Assembly (NCBI GenBank): GCA_035221665.1
Contig: CM069136.1
Location: 61,752,001-61,816,000, forward strand
Origin: Okamejei kenojei
Taxonomy: Eukaryota
DNA length: 64,000 bases
Direction: 5' to 3'
The position numbers and the translations under genes are program-made. The notes under the pieces are model-generated. The model saw only the letters and a program-made list of their open reading frames with translations. It made no database searches and was not told the origin of the DNA. This document shows, piece after piece, positions 12,149-23,800 of the stretch. Position 1 is the first letter of the stretch, and the number at the start of each line of letters is the position of its first letter.

Positions 12149-12276
12149 GGAAGAAACTGCAGATGCTGGTTTACATCGAAGATAGACACAAAATGCTGGA
12201 GTAACTCAGAGGGTCAGGCAGCATCTCTGGAGAAAAGGAATAGGCGACATTTCGGGTCGAGACCCTTCTTCAGACT
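12149..12276 (-). mobile_element. Penelope-associated short repeat with minimal hammerhead-like core
   Basis: Minus strand reads CTGAAGA-A-GGGTC-TC-GACCC-GAAA-TGTC at 12246-12273. Confidence 0.65.
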
Positions 12277-12358
12277 GAGCATGAAAATTAGATAAATATT
12301 TGTCATTGTTTGCAAGAAACATGAAAACAGTTAATTTTAAGACCAGTAAACTAAAATG

Positions 12359-15300
12359 AATAGGAAGATTAAATAAGAACTTACCAGTTTGAAGTTTGAT
12401 CTTTATTTTATGAGGAGTTACGATGAGGGATTACGTGAAGAAGCCCGCCAGCCCGCATGAGCTTCAACCTTCAAAGCAGCGGTGTGAAATAACAGAAACC
12501 CAGTTGCTGAACTGATAATAGAAAGATTCGAGAAAACTAGAACTACCAGCTGACTTGATGAGAAGGGTTGAGAGCAGAGTGTAGGTAATCCCAAATCGTA
12601 ACTCCTCATAAAATAAAGATCAAACTTCAAACTGGTGAGCTCGTTTCATCTTCCTATTTTACTTCGGATTCACATGAGTGACTACATGAAGAATTCAAAG
12701 CTCTGTGATTTCATGCCACGAACACGAGTCCATGCCACACACTGCATTAGTTAACCAGAAATGATTGAAAAGATAACGCATTCAGACATGACATAGATTT
12801 AAAACATTAATAATGATGCAAATGATAATAATAATAGCGATCCCTACATCCGGGAAAGCAAATTATTGAACAGAACTTAAAATTGAGTTGGCAAACGAAC
12901 CCGGCCTGGCAATCGGTTTATTATAAAAGGTTTGGAAAGCCTGCTCATTCGACCATCTTGCTGTCGCTAGGATGCGGTCCAGCAGAACCCCCATGAATCT
13001 CGCTGCTGATGTTGTTGCAGCCCTGATGGAGTGAGATTTAAAATATCAGAGTTCACTCCTGCACAAGCCAATACATGTCTTAACCATCTGGAGATGGTCT
13101 GCACTGAAACCTTCGTGTGGTTTTTTTTGTGGCTAATTAACATTGCCAGCTTAGTGCCTCTAAGGTTCTTTGTAGCCTTAAAATATTGATGAATATGTGT
13201 GACAACACACAATCTATGCCAGAATTCCAGCTTTAGACCTAACAACCCCGGTCTGCTATGTTTAATTAGCTCATTGCATAGAACGTTATTTTGTAGTTAG
13301 ATATAACCATTCTGTCCAAAAGTGCCTTGTCAGTATATTTGCTGCTGGGATCGGGACACCACTCTGTCGGGTCTCACCCTTATGCTGACAAGGCACTTTT
13401 GGCACAGTCAACGGCACTATAACATAACCTTTATCAAAGAATAATTTTGAAAGAAACTACAAAACGTCAGTTATCCGTGCCGTATTATACGTTATATTAG
13501 AATTTAAACAAAACACTTCCCATCTCCTGATGTAGGAAATGTACTGCTTCTTGGTGCTATCTCTGCAAGCTGCAGTGATCACGTCCATGGTTCGGTCTGA
13601 CAACCCGAGCCTCAGGACAGGTGTTTTTAGAGTCTGCAAATCAATAAATTGATTCTATATACAGAGGGTGGGCTTCCCGAGTCACGGGATGAACCAGCAA
13701 ATTTCTGTGTTTTAGAAATAACCATATAAGGTTCTATTATCATTCCCAACATCAGTGGGAACCATGGCTACGTAGGCCAGTCAGGCACTATCAAAATGCC
13801 TGAAATGCCAAAATATTCAAAATCTTGCTGGATTTTTTGCAAGACCCGACTGATGAGGCAAATTGGAGGAAAGGCATAAAAGCACATTCCTCCCCAGTGT
13901 AGCGAGAATGCATCCATCGCCACTGACCCTCCGATGTTCCATACCGAGCAACAATGTCGGTAAATACTTTATGATCCAACATCCATTCTGTGTTGTCATT
14001 GAGTTTGCATGGCCTGGTGTCCGCCACCATGTTAAACCTACCTGGCAAGTAGGTAGCTGAAATCCAAATGCTTTTCACCATACACCAGTGCCAAATAAGG
14101 TTAGCTAAATTAACTCGGGATACTGACTTGATTCCACCCACTTCGGGATACTGACTTGATTCCACCCACTAATATATGCCACCGCTGTAGTGTTGTCAAT
14201 CTGTAGTTAAAACATGCAGAGTATGCATATTCTCACAATAAGATTGTAACCTATAAAAATGCCCCCAGCATCTCCAGGTAGTTGATACCATGTAACTGAA
14301 GAATTTGATAAACTCATGCACATTCCATCTTCCACCGCCGCTAGGGATGGTATAAGTAGCTCCTCATCCTTGAGCACTAGCATCGGTTTGTAATATAACT
14401 GGAATTTTACTGACCAAATGTTACTGGAGGAATGCTGAATATTGGTTGACCCCACTGTAATTCTGATATAGCTTCAGCTTGGTAACAGCATAGGTCTGTT
14501 AAAACGACCTAAATGGTATTTGAGTGCTTGCTCCTTTGCATGTTGTAAATTCTGATAATGCAAAGGACCAAATTGTGCAGCTGGAAAAAACAGCCACTAA
14601 TTTACCAATTACATTAGTCACCTGTCGAATAGATGGCTGTTTCAGGTTGTTACAGGCTTCTATTGATTCTGATCTCTTGCCCCAGGGCAGATTCATGGAC
14701 ATATTAATAGAGTTAATGGTAAACCCCAAATAATTAATAACTCTAGTTGGTATCAACTTGGGTTTAACTGGATGGATGAGAAACCCCAACTTCTCAAATA
14801 TGAGTTTTGTGACTGAAATCTGCCAATTTAGCCAGTTTCAGCATTTTCCCTGTGATGAGAAAATCATCCAAATATGTCATGACAATGTGTTTTCAAGCTC
14901 TAAGTGGCCCAACCACCGGCTTTAATACTTTGGTAAATAACATGGGCTGAAGTTGACCCATTATGCAACGCTTTAAACTGCCACAGTTTCCCCATCCAGC
15001 TAAATTTCAAATATCTCCGGTGATCCCTGTGAATGGGCACCGAATAGTATGCATCTTTGAGATCGATGCATGCCATAAAGCATCCTTTGGAAATCAGTTG
15101 TTTGGCAGTAACAAAGTTTTCCATTTTGAAACGTCTATACTGCACATAAGAGTTAGTTGTGTTAAATCAAGGATGATCCGACATCCTCCATCTTTCTTTT
15201 TTGGAGGCGCAGGGTGTCGTCACTGAAACGGTGAAGCTTTGCTTGTCATGGGTGCTTTAATTAACTCGACAGCTTTTGCTTCCTCATCCAGATCTTTTAC

Positions 15301-16974
15301 GTGTTTGGATATCTTTTGTTTGGAAAATTCAACTTCGAACCCTTGTATACTGTGCAGTATATACTGATATGATGTTATTCTACGATTCTATAAACAGATC
15401 TGATATCCATTGCCATTCGTGGAAAAACCAAGTGTAATCTATCACCAGCTTGTAACTGGTCCACACACCCCATGTTTTGGAAAGAACCAGACCCACCTAC
15501 CTCCATGGTTACCGGTGGTCTTATGGCAAGCCCAAAGGCCCCTGATGTGTGTTTTATTTCTGTCCTTGAATTTTGGAGGGTAGGACTGCTGGGGTGCATG
15601 GATTGCGCATTTTCCCTGAGGGCCGGCTTGGGCCTTGGCCTAAAAGACCTCTGCCCAGAGAATCAACTTTCAAGCTGCCACAAGCTTCAGTGAACCACTT
15701 ACTGCCGATGGAGTCGTAGGGGTGTTGTCGCCGAAACGGTGACGCTTTGCTCATCGTTGGTACCTTGATTAGTCTGACAGCTTTTGCTTCCTCATCCATG
15801 TCTTTTACCTGTTTGGGTAGGTCTTCCCCGAAGAGAAGATTTGGCGGCTGGACATTGCTCGCCTTGCATAAGCCTGCAAATTTGGGATTTAAGGCAGGTC
15901 TGATGGCGTTTTTCTGAAAGCAGTTCATTTTGAAGTGTGCATTGCACATCAACGCCAGGGCATCCTGCTGGACGTCCGATAAGGGCCCCATCCACAGATC
16001 TGGCAAATGCCGTGATGCCTGAGGCCAGTAATTTTTTTAATCATTTGTTGGAGTTTCACTTCCTGAGTTTTGACGCCCCCCCCCAATGTCTCCCCAGATC
16101 ACGCTGTTCACTGCTGGCACTTTCAGGAATGCACAATTTACAGGTGTATGGTATTCTGCAGCTGTTACCTGGTGCTGTAGTGACGTGAGGTAGCTGATGC
16201 TAGAAGCCAAATCTGCTTGCAGCAGCTCATTTGTTTGCGAGGGTATCGCAACGTTAATGCCATAACAGACAATTTTTGAACCTCACGCATGTATTCCAGT
16301 ATATTCCACGGACATTCTTTCGAATTCGGAGTCAGTTATACACTGACCCCTGGCACTCCCCTCCACAGAGAGGTAGATTTTTAAGCAGCCCTGAAATAGG
16401 CGCTGCCGCAGGCCCCCGAGGATACCTGCTCTGATTTGGCACCGTTTCACTGAGCATATCATGATGGAGCATTCTCTGTGGGATAAACGCCTGGGGACGC
16501 TATCCATGCTCCATCTGGGATCAATGCCCGAAGACGCTACCCATATTTGTCGGAGGGGAACCCTCCTGGCCTAACTCGTCCGAGTCCACAGGCCTCTCAG
16601 ACTCCGTTTGACTGTACACCCTTTTGGGGCTGCCAAAGTCTGAAGTCGCTGAATGCACTGTCAGCGACTCGGGTAGCGAACCCGACGGCCGACGGCTACC
16701 CGCACTTCCGCGGTCCTCCGTAGCCGGTTTCCCCGCGGCCCGTCTGGATTTCGCCCTGGATATCCTTATCCGCAGAAATCTCTAAAAGAGATTTTCCCCC
16801 AACCAAAAATAGTACCTGAGAATAAGTTTAAAACTTACCTGCAGGCTTTTGAAACTTACCGCTGGAGGAGCGACGCTCCTCCCAGCCAGTCGTGGCGCCA
16901 TGCTTAGACGTATAGACGTGCATGCGGTCTGGGGGGCTTCTTCATGTAGTCACTCATGTGACTCAGAAGTAAAA
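12359..16974 (-). mobile_element. DIRS1-type YR retrotransposon #2, both termini present, ORFs decayed
   Basis: gag ~16800-15550, RT (FMACIDLKDAYYSVPI; MTYLDDF ~14860-14880), RNase H, MT-like DAFSLHWGGMCFYAFPP (~13860-13915), YR ~13650-12900. ICR 12582-12693 is complementary to both ends (12359-12433 and 16938-16974). Confidence 0.93.
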
Positions 16975-16999
16975 TCATTTACATTTTTCATCATCTTCA

Positions 17000-17698
17000 G
17001 TCACAATCACAATAATACTTGATTAGCCAAGTATGTTTTGCAATATACGAGGAATTTTATTTGCCAAGTCAGTCATACAAGTAAAAAGCAATGGAACACA
17101 CAAAATACATTTGAACATAAACATCCACCACAGTAACTCCTCCACGTTCCTCACTGTGATGGAAGGTGAAAGACAAGTTCAAATCTCTTCTCTCCTTTGC
17201 TCTCCCATGGTCGGAGGCCTCGAGCCATCTGTTGACGGGATGATCTTGACTCCCGTAGCCGGCGGAGTTTTGGCCCTCCTCATCGGGGCAATCAGCTCTT
17301 GCATCGGGGGGATGTCGGCTCCTCTGCGCCGAGCAATCGAACCCCGTGTCGGGGCTGGTCAAGCCTCTGTGTTGTTGGAGCTCCCAACTAGCCTCTCCTG
17401 AGACGGCGAGCTCTTGATGTAAAGTTCATAGGCCGCAGTTGGAGGGATCCCAGACCCCGCGGTGGGGCTCAAAGTCAGTCCGAGGAGGCCTCCAGCTCCA
17501 TCGATGCAATCCGGAAAATAATTGCATCTCCGGCAAGGTAAGAAACTGAAATAAAGGTTTGCTCGATCCCCTCCATCTCCCCCCACATAAAACAAACTGG
17601 AGAATATTTATACAGACTTTTAAAACGCACTAAAAATTAAAAAAGGCGAAAAAACAGATAGACTTTGGCGGGGCTGCCAATTCTGCGCGCCCTGGTGG
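17000..17698 (-). mobile_element. Non-autonomous retroelement with Rex/Babar-like 3' tail
   Basis: Minus strand ends ...aaattcctcgtatattgcaaaacatacttggctaatcaagtattattgtgattgtga. GC-rich 5' part, no coding domain. Confidence 0.55.
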
Positions 17699-17959
17699 GG
17701 CTTTGATACATAGTTTTATAAAATGACATAAAAATCAAGTTAGGTCCGAGATAGGCTGGTGTGTCGAAGACTGCATGTGGTGCATGTGGTGCTGTTCCCA
17801 TGCACTTGCCCTTGTCTTCTTTGATGCTGGAAGTTGGGTATTGGGAGAAGTTGTCACTTATTTGGTGCTGTATTTTTTTTCAAAAATACTAATTTGAGTG
17901 AAAAAAACATGAAAGACTTTATGTAATTTTTTTTCTCTGAGTATTTTTCTTAATATTAT

Positions 17960-18772
17960 TCAATGGTTCAATGGTCCTTTATTATATGTACTGAGGTACA
18001 GTGAAATTTGATTTGCCATACAGTCATACCAATAAAGCAACAAAATACAAAACTACATAAAAATTTAAACAAAAACAGCCACCACAGCGGCGTGTGAGAA
18101 TCCCTAGGGCACACAGAATACGTGGAGACCCACAGCCATCAGTTCTATGTCTGGGCTACGCACACGCTCCTTCACCATGATGTGACCAGAGTTATACCAA
18201 TCGCTGTCATTCTCACTACAGTCCCTGTCCACCCGAACAGTTAGAAAGCCATTCACACTCGCATCAGACTCCAGGATGTTCTCACAGCGTGTTTGCCCTG
18301 CAAACACCGAGTTCACTGCACTCCGATTCCCCACCAGCGCAGGCAGCACGTCCATCTTGTTTTTCGACGACCTCTCATTCCCCACTGTGATGGAAGGCGA
18401 ATAACTTTTACCTTCCTCCTTTTCTCCCGCCGTCGGGGCGATCGAAACATGCGCAGTCGGGGCGATCGAAGCTCCCGCAGTCGGCGATGGAAGCCCCAGC
18501 AATGGGCGATCAGGGCTCCCGCGATCGGGGTGGTCGAAGCTCCTGCCATTTGAGTTTCCGAAGTCAATCACTAACAAAGGGACTGCCAGCTCCACGATGT
18601 TAGGCCGCAGTCTGGATGGAGATACGATTTGGAAAAAGTTGCATCTTCATCGAGGGAAGAGATAAAAAAAGTTTTCCCCCCCACATAATACAAAACTAAA
18701 GATACACTAATACATACAAATAAAACAGACTTAAAACAAACAAAAGAAGAAGGGACGAGACAGGCTGTTGGC
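17960..18772 (-). mobile_element. Internally deleted Rex1/Babar-like LINE
   Basis: ORF 18104-18595 contains an APE endonuclease fragment (DASVNGFLTVRVDR..W..GHIMVKERVRSPDIELMAVGL) fused to a short tail ending in (accattga) repeats. Confidence 0.65.
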
Positions 18773-18851
18773 AATATTATGCTTGAATTTTTAAATTGTA
18801 TTCCTATTCTGCAAAACTTTACAAAGAAAATTTGGAAATTATTATGTAGAA

Positions 18852-19023
18852 ACAAGGAACTGCAGATGCTAGTTTACAAAGAAGAATTCTGACAAATGCT
18901 GGCATGCTGACATTTCTTTACAAAGAGAGATGCTGGTTTACTGCTGGAGTAACTCAGCAGGCCCAGGCGCTATCCCTGGAGAACAAGGATAGATGACGTT
19001 TTGGGTCGAGACCCTTCTTCAGA
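18852..19023 (-). mobile_element. Penelope-associated short repeat (degenerate hammerhead core)
   Basis: aaggaactgcagatgct...gacgttttgggtcgagacccttcttcaga. Confidence 0.6.
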
Positions 19024-19205
19024 TTATTGTGGTACATTCCAGTTGAACATCATTTTGACCACTTTGCATAGTGTAGCTCCGATTGAAAATTGTTTAGAAC
19101 TGTTGAAACAGCTGTCGGGTTGGTAAGGACACTTAAAAAATTGGCTTGTTGATTTAAATTGTTTTCATTTTCTATCAGTAATAAACTGATTTCTGTTCAA
19201 TGCAG

Positions 19206-19308
19206 GTTCGAATAAAGTTTACAGTGGATGACAATGGACACTACCTCTTTACTCCTTGCATTCTTACTCAATGGGTACTTGGACTATTTCGATATGACCT
19301 TGCAGGAG
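19206..19308 (+). CDS. DYNC2H1: Dynein-2 heavy chain exon F (103 bp)
   Basis: tgcag|GTT. Encodes VRIKFTVDDNGHYLFTPCILTQWVLGLFRYDLAG G|gtaag. Confidence 0.95.
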
Positions 19309-19909
19309 GTAAGATCCTTTATCAGCTAGAATTCATATTTTCTTTTTGTCTCTTTCCAACTTAATTGTGAATTGAATATTTCAATTCTGTAATCATCAAC
19401 AAAATGATTACCTGAGAGGGACAAGAAATGCTGGAATCTGGCAAAGAAAAAGATAGTTGTTGGATAAAGTTAGTGGATCAGGCAGCATCTGTGTAGGGAA
19501 ATTAGACATTTTGGGTGGATATCCTTCATGTGCCCTGTGGCAGCAGCAGGCAGAAGCAATAGGCCTACCAGGGCTGTTCCTCCTTGGATAGTGTATGAGA
19601 AGGGATTAGCTCTCATGCCAGGGATTAGCGCTCATTACAAACCTTGATACTTGGTCATCTGCTTAAATCGCCTCAATTGCTATACATTTCTGAGAAAAAA
19701 GTTAATATGGTTCATGCACTGCCACCCAGTGGTTTTGCTACATAAGTGCATTGACAGTTGGGGAAAAAAATGATATTGCTTTGAAAATTAAAAAAACTCT
19801 CTGATGCTGGAAACCTATAATAAAAACAAGATGCTGGAAATATGCAGCAGGACAGATTGTATCTGTGGGTAGAATTAATTTTTCAGGTCAATGATCGTCT
19901 GTCAAAACT

Positions 19910-21165
19910 GCATGAAGGCCTTGACAAAGTCGAGGACTAGAACGTATCCTTTGTTCTTTTGTCTAAGAATCCAGCAGATTGTAGGCTTGTGAGTTTTCGT
20001 CAATAGCTTCACTGGCTGGGTGAGGCAGGTGAAGCTGTTAGAGAGGGTTCTTAGGAACAGGATTTGGTTGCATTTGACGAAGCTTGAGGTTATTGGGGAT
20101 AATTAGAATGGCTTTGTTTGGCAGGTCATGTCTTGATTGCTTTTTTTGCAGAAGTAACAAGGTGATTGATGAAGGTAGGGAGGGGGTGTTGCTTACACGG
20201 ACTTAGCACTTGACAGGTCCCTCATGGCAGGGTGATCCAGAAGTTTAGGCACATGGGATCCACAGTAAATTGGTAGATTGGATTCAAAATTGTTTGGCCA
20301 CACAAGGCACAAGGCAGTGGTAGAAATGTTTCTCTGACTGTAGGTCTGCAACCTATTTTCTTCACAGGGGTCAGTACTGGCACTTCCATTTATATAAATG
20401 ACTTTGATGAAAATGTAGATAGGTTGATTAGTAAGTTTGCAGATGACATACAAAATGGTGATAGACACAAAAACTCTGGCAGCATCTCTGGAAAGAAGGA
20501 ATGGGTGAGGTTTCAGGTCGAGACCCTTAAGGTTGCCAAAGGAAAGAGCAGAATATTGACCAGTTGGAGATGTGGCCGGTGAAATGGCTGATGGAGTTAA
20601 ATCCACAAAAGTGTGAGGCTTTCCATTTTGGGAGGTTTAGTTTAGTTTAGTTTATTATTGTCACATGTACTGAGGTACATTGAAACGCCTTTTGGTCGTG
20701 TTCTATCCAGTCAATGAAAACACTATATTGATTACAATCAAGCTGTCCACAGTGTGCAGATATTGGATAAATGGTATATTATTTAGTGCAAGAGAAAGTC
20801 CGATTAAGGCTGGTTCAAAGATCTCCACTGAGGTACATGGAGGTCAGGACAACGCTCTAGCGTGAGAGGAAAGTGTACAGTTAATGGTAAGAACCTTAGG
20901 AGCATTAATTTTACTGAGGATATCTTGTCTTGCAAATGCATAGCTCTCTGAAAGTGGCAATACAAGTAGATGAGATGGTAAAGAATCTTAAGACATTGAA
21001 TAAAAATACAAAGTTGTGTCACAGTTTTATAGAACTTTGGTTAGGCCACATTTGGAGTATTGTGTGCCATTCTGTTCACTGCATTGCAGGAAATATATGG
21101 AGGCTGTGAAGAGGGTGCAGAAGAAGTTCACCAGCATGTTTCCTGAATTAGAGAGCATTCTATAA
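19910..21165 (+). mobile_element. Old fragmented CR1 RT region interrupted by Penelope-type (~20460-20528) and Rex-tail (~20635-20845) pieces
   Basis: Remnants of YIND..ISKFADD(T)K (~20390-20455) and LVRPHLEYCV (~21035-21065). Confidence 0.7.
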
Positions 21166-21202
21166 ATTTTATGTTTTTGGTTGAATTGATTGATTGATTG
21201 AA

Positions 21203-21509
21203 AGATACAATATGGAAACAGGCCCTTCAGCCCACTGAGTCCACAGTGACTATCGATTCCTCATTAACATTAGTTCTATGTTACCTCCCTTTCACATTTA
21301 TATCCTATATACAAGGACCTAGTTAGAGGCCATTTCACAGACAAACCTACAATGTCTTTGGAATGTGGGAAAAAAACCAAAGCACCCAGAGGAAATCTAT
21401 GCAGTCACAGGGAGAACTTGCAAACTCCACTCAGACAACACCCAAGGATCGAACCCGGATCTCTGACGTTGTGAGGACGGCAGCCGTACAGCTACGCCAC
21501 TGTACCACT
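21203..21509 (-). mobile_element. tRNA-derived SINE (V-SINE/HE1-like)
   Basis: Minus-strand head with A box TGGCGTAGCTG and B box GGTTCGATCC, V-domain-like gagtttgcaagttctccctgtgactgc, CR1-like tail. Confidence 0.75.
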
Positions 21510-21859
21510 TCAATAGTTAAAGATATTTGACCAGTAATCCAGGAATTCTGCAGTTGTCCACCAAAAAATTGTGGAACACAATTCAATGTATCAATGCTAA
21601 TACCTGAAAAGTGGCTGCAAGAACTATTGGATTAATACCAAAACCTAAGTAGTTCACAGATGTTTTTTAGGAAAAAAAAATCTGTCACCAATCTGGTTTG
21701 TGTCATAAGTTTGTGCTATACGAACTTGTGCAATGTTCTGGGAGTGGGTTAGCAGATCAATTCAGTTATCTAATTAATTGCAACAAAGTAGGTCCACCAC
21801 CACCTTTTTAGACTGGTGACAATCAGTAATACCTGTTTTTTATTTTGCGCATTTTAGTG

Positions 21860-22102
21860 TCATAGTCTCATAGTCATTACAGCATAGAAAACGGGCTCTT
21901 TGGGCCTAATTTGTCCATGCCGACCAACATTGCCCCATCCTACGTGTCTGCTTTTGGTCATATCCTTCTGAACCTATCCTATCCATGTACCTGTCAAATT
22001 GTTTTTTAGACTTTGTGATAGTGCCTGCCTCAACCACCTCCTCTGGCAGCTCATCCATATACCTAACACATTTTGTGTAAAAAAGCTGCCCCTCAGGTTC
22101 TT
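21860..22102 (-). mobile_element. CR1 3' end fragment
   Basis: Minus strand DELPEEVVEAGTI.. plus catagtc tail repeats. Confidence 0.75.
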
Positions 22103-22325
22103 TGTTATGTATGGATTTGCAAGGATTATGTGGCCGAACAATTATATACTTTGAAATTTATTGGCACCTCGCCTCCTATTATCTGATTTATCATTACTTT
22201 TATTTTATCCTTTATTAGAAAGCATGCTTATTTCATATTTCCTTAATGTGTGTCTGCATTTTCATTCAACTATTCAGAATACAGTATGAATCTTAGCAAT
22301 TATCATTGAATATAAATTCAATGAA

Positions 22326-22458
22326 TCTGAAGAAGGGTCTCGACCTGAAAAATCTCCCATTCCTTCTCTGCAGAGATGCTGCCTGTTCTGCTGAGTTACT
22401 CCAGCATTTTGTGTCTATCTTTGATTTAAACCAGCATCTGCAGTTCTTTCCTACACAA
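22326..22458 (+). mobile_element. Penelope-associated short repeat with hammerhead-like core
   Basis: tCTGAAGAagggtctcgacctGAAA...ccagcatctgcagttc. Confidence 0.65.
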
Positions 22459-22464
22459 TATAAA

Positions 22465-22965
22465 TTTAGGTTTAGGTTTATTATTGTCATGTGTACTGAG
22501 GTACCGTGAAAAGCTTTGTTTTTGCCTGCTGTTCAGCAAATCAGATAATACTATACATAAATATAATACCAAATTCCAATACCACAGAGGAAAATACAAA
22601 TTGCAGAATATAGTTCTCAGCATTGTAATGCAACTTGTTCCAGAGACAAAGTCAATGTCCACAATGGGATTGAGGTTAATTGGACAGTTGCCCTATATGA
22701 TTGAAGGACCATTTATGCACCCTGATAACGAAGGGGAAGAAGCTGCTCCTGAGTCCTGCTTTTATAAATCATCAGTGTCTTCTGCTCAATGGGAGCAGGG
22801 AGGAAGAAGGAATGACCAGGGTGGGACAGTTTTTGATTATGTTGGGCATCTTTCCGAGGCAGCGTGAAGTGTAGATGATTAGTCAATGGTGGGTCTGTGT
22901 TATGGACTCGGCTATAGCTACAATTCTCTGCAATTTCTTGCAGTCTTGTGCGGAGCTGTTCCCAC
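22465..22965 (-). mobile_element. Rex/Babar-like LINE 3' fragment
   Basis: (tttagg)n-tttattattgtc tail. Minus strand shows decayed C-terminal HPGHSFF..LP..SRT remnants. Confidence 0.55.
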
Positions 22966-23034
22966 AATATTTTACACGCGTTTTCCATTAACATTTTCAT
23001 CATCAATTGAGATTGTTTTGATAATTGTTTGTAG

Positions 23035-23203
23035 ATGGATCACAACAATCAGCGGACCATGTGCTTGAAGTCGTGGCATATGAGGCCATCGTTTGTTCCG
23101 TGGACCGCATAGTAGGATCCAAAAAACTCTATTATTTTTGATAACATTTTTAATATCAGTTATTCGAGGAGATTGGGATCAGATTTACTGGACAACATGA
23201 AGG
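23035..23203 (+). CDS. DYNC2H1: Dynein-2 heavy chain exon G, copy 1, with about 5 single-base indels (probably sequencing errors)
   Basis: Same exon as the intact 53308-53475. Indels include gaggc-cat, cgtggacc, an extra t in ttttt, and gattgg-gatc. Confidence 0.8.
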
Positions 23204-23800
23204 GTAATTACATTTTGCAATTTTTCTAAAAATATTAGGTAAATTATAAGTGAAAAAGCAATGGAGATAAATTCAGGACAAATACACTCTTACTACTCAA
23301 AGTATTTTCAAGGTCAATTTATTTACTGAACTGTATCTGTTATAATTATAGACCTGTTGAACTATGTTTCTGTTTTATAATATATGTTTAAGAGGTGCTT
23401 TCATATTCCTTTTTGGTCACAATTTATTTTTTCTATATACTTGAGGCTTCAGTCCATTATTTTGTTTTTAATTGCTGTATTCTGGTTATTAAGAGTAATA
23501 GCATCAACTTGTCCTGTTAGAAGTCATCGCTGGATCAGAATGTAACTTTTTATAACTTTGTCAGCACCAGAAACGTGGCGACTCTGTGTACTGCCTAGGT
23601 GTCGAGGTCTGCTGTGTGATATTATCGGATTGTATACAAAAACAAAGAATTTCACTGTTCTAAAGGGTGTATCGTTGTGAGGAGTACACACGTACTGCAA
23701 AGGACTAAAACAATATGGCAAATTGAATATAATGTGGGTAAATGTGAGATTATCATCTTTGGTAGGAAGAATTTAAAAATATATTAAATGGAATGAGACT

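Noticed and set aside
21420-21509. tRNA gene
   Set aside because: The A and B boxes belong to a SINE head followed by V-domain-like and CR1-like tail sequence.
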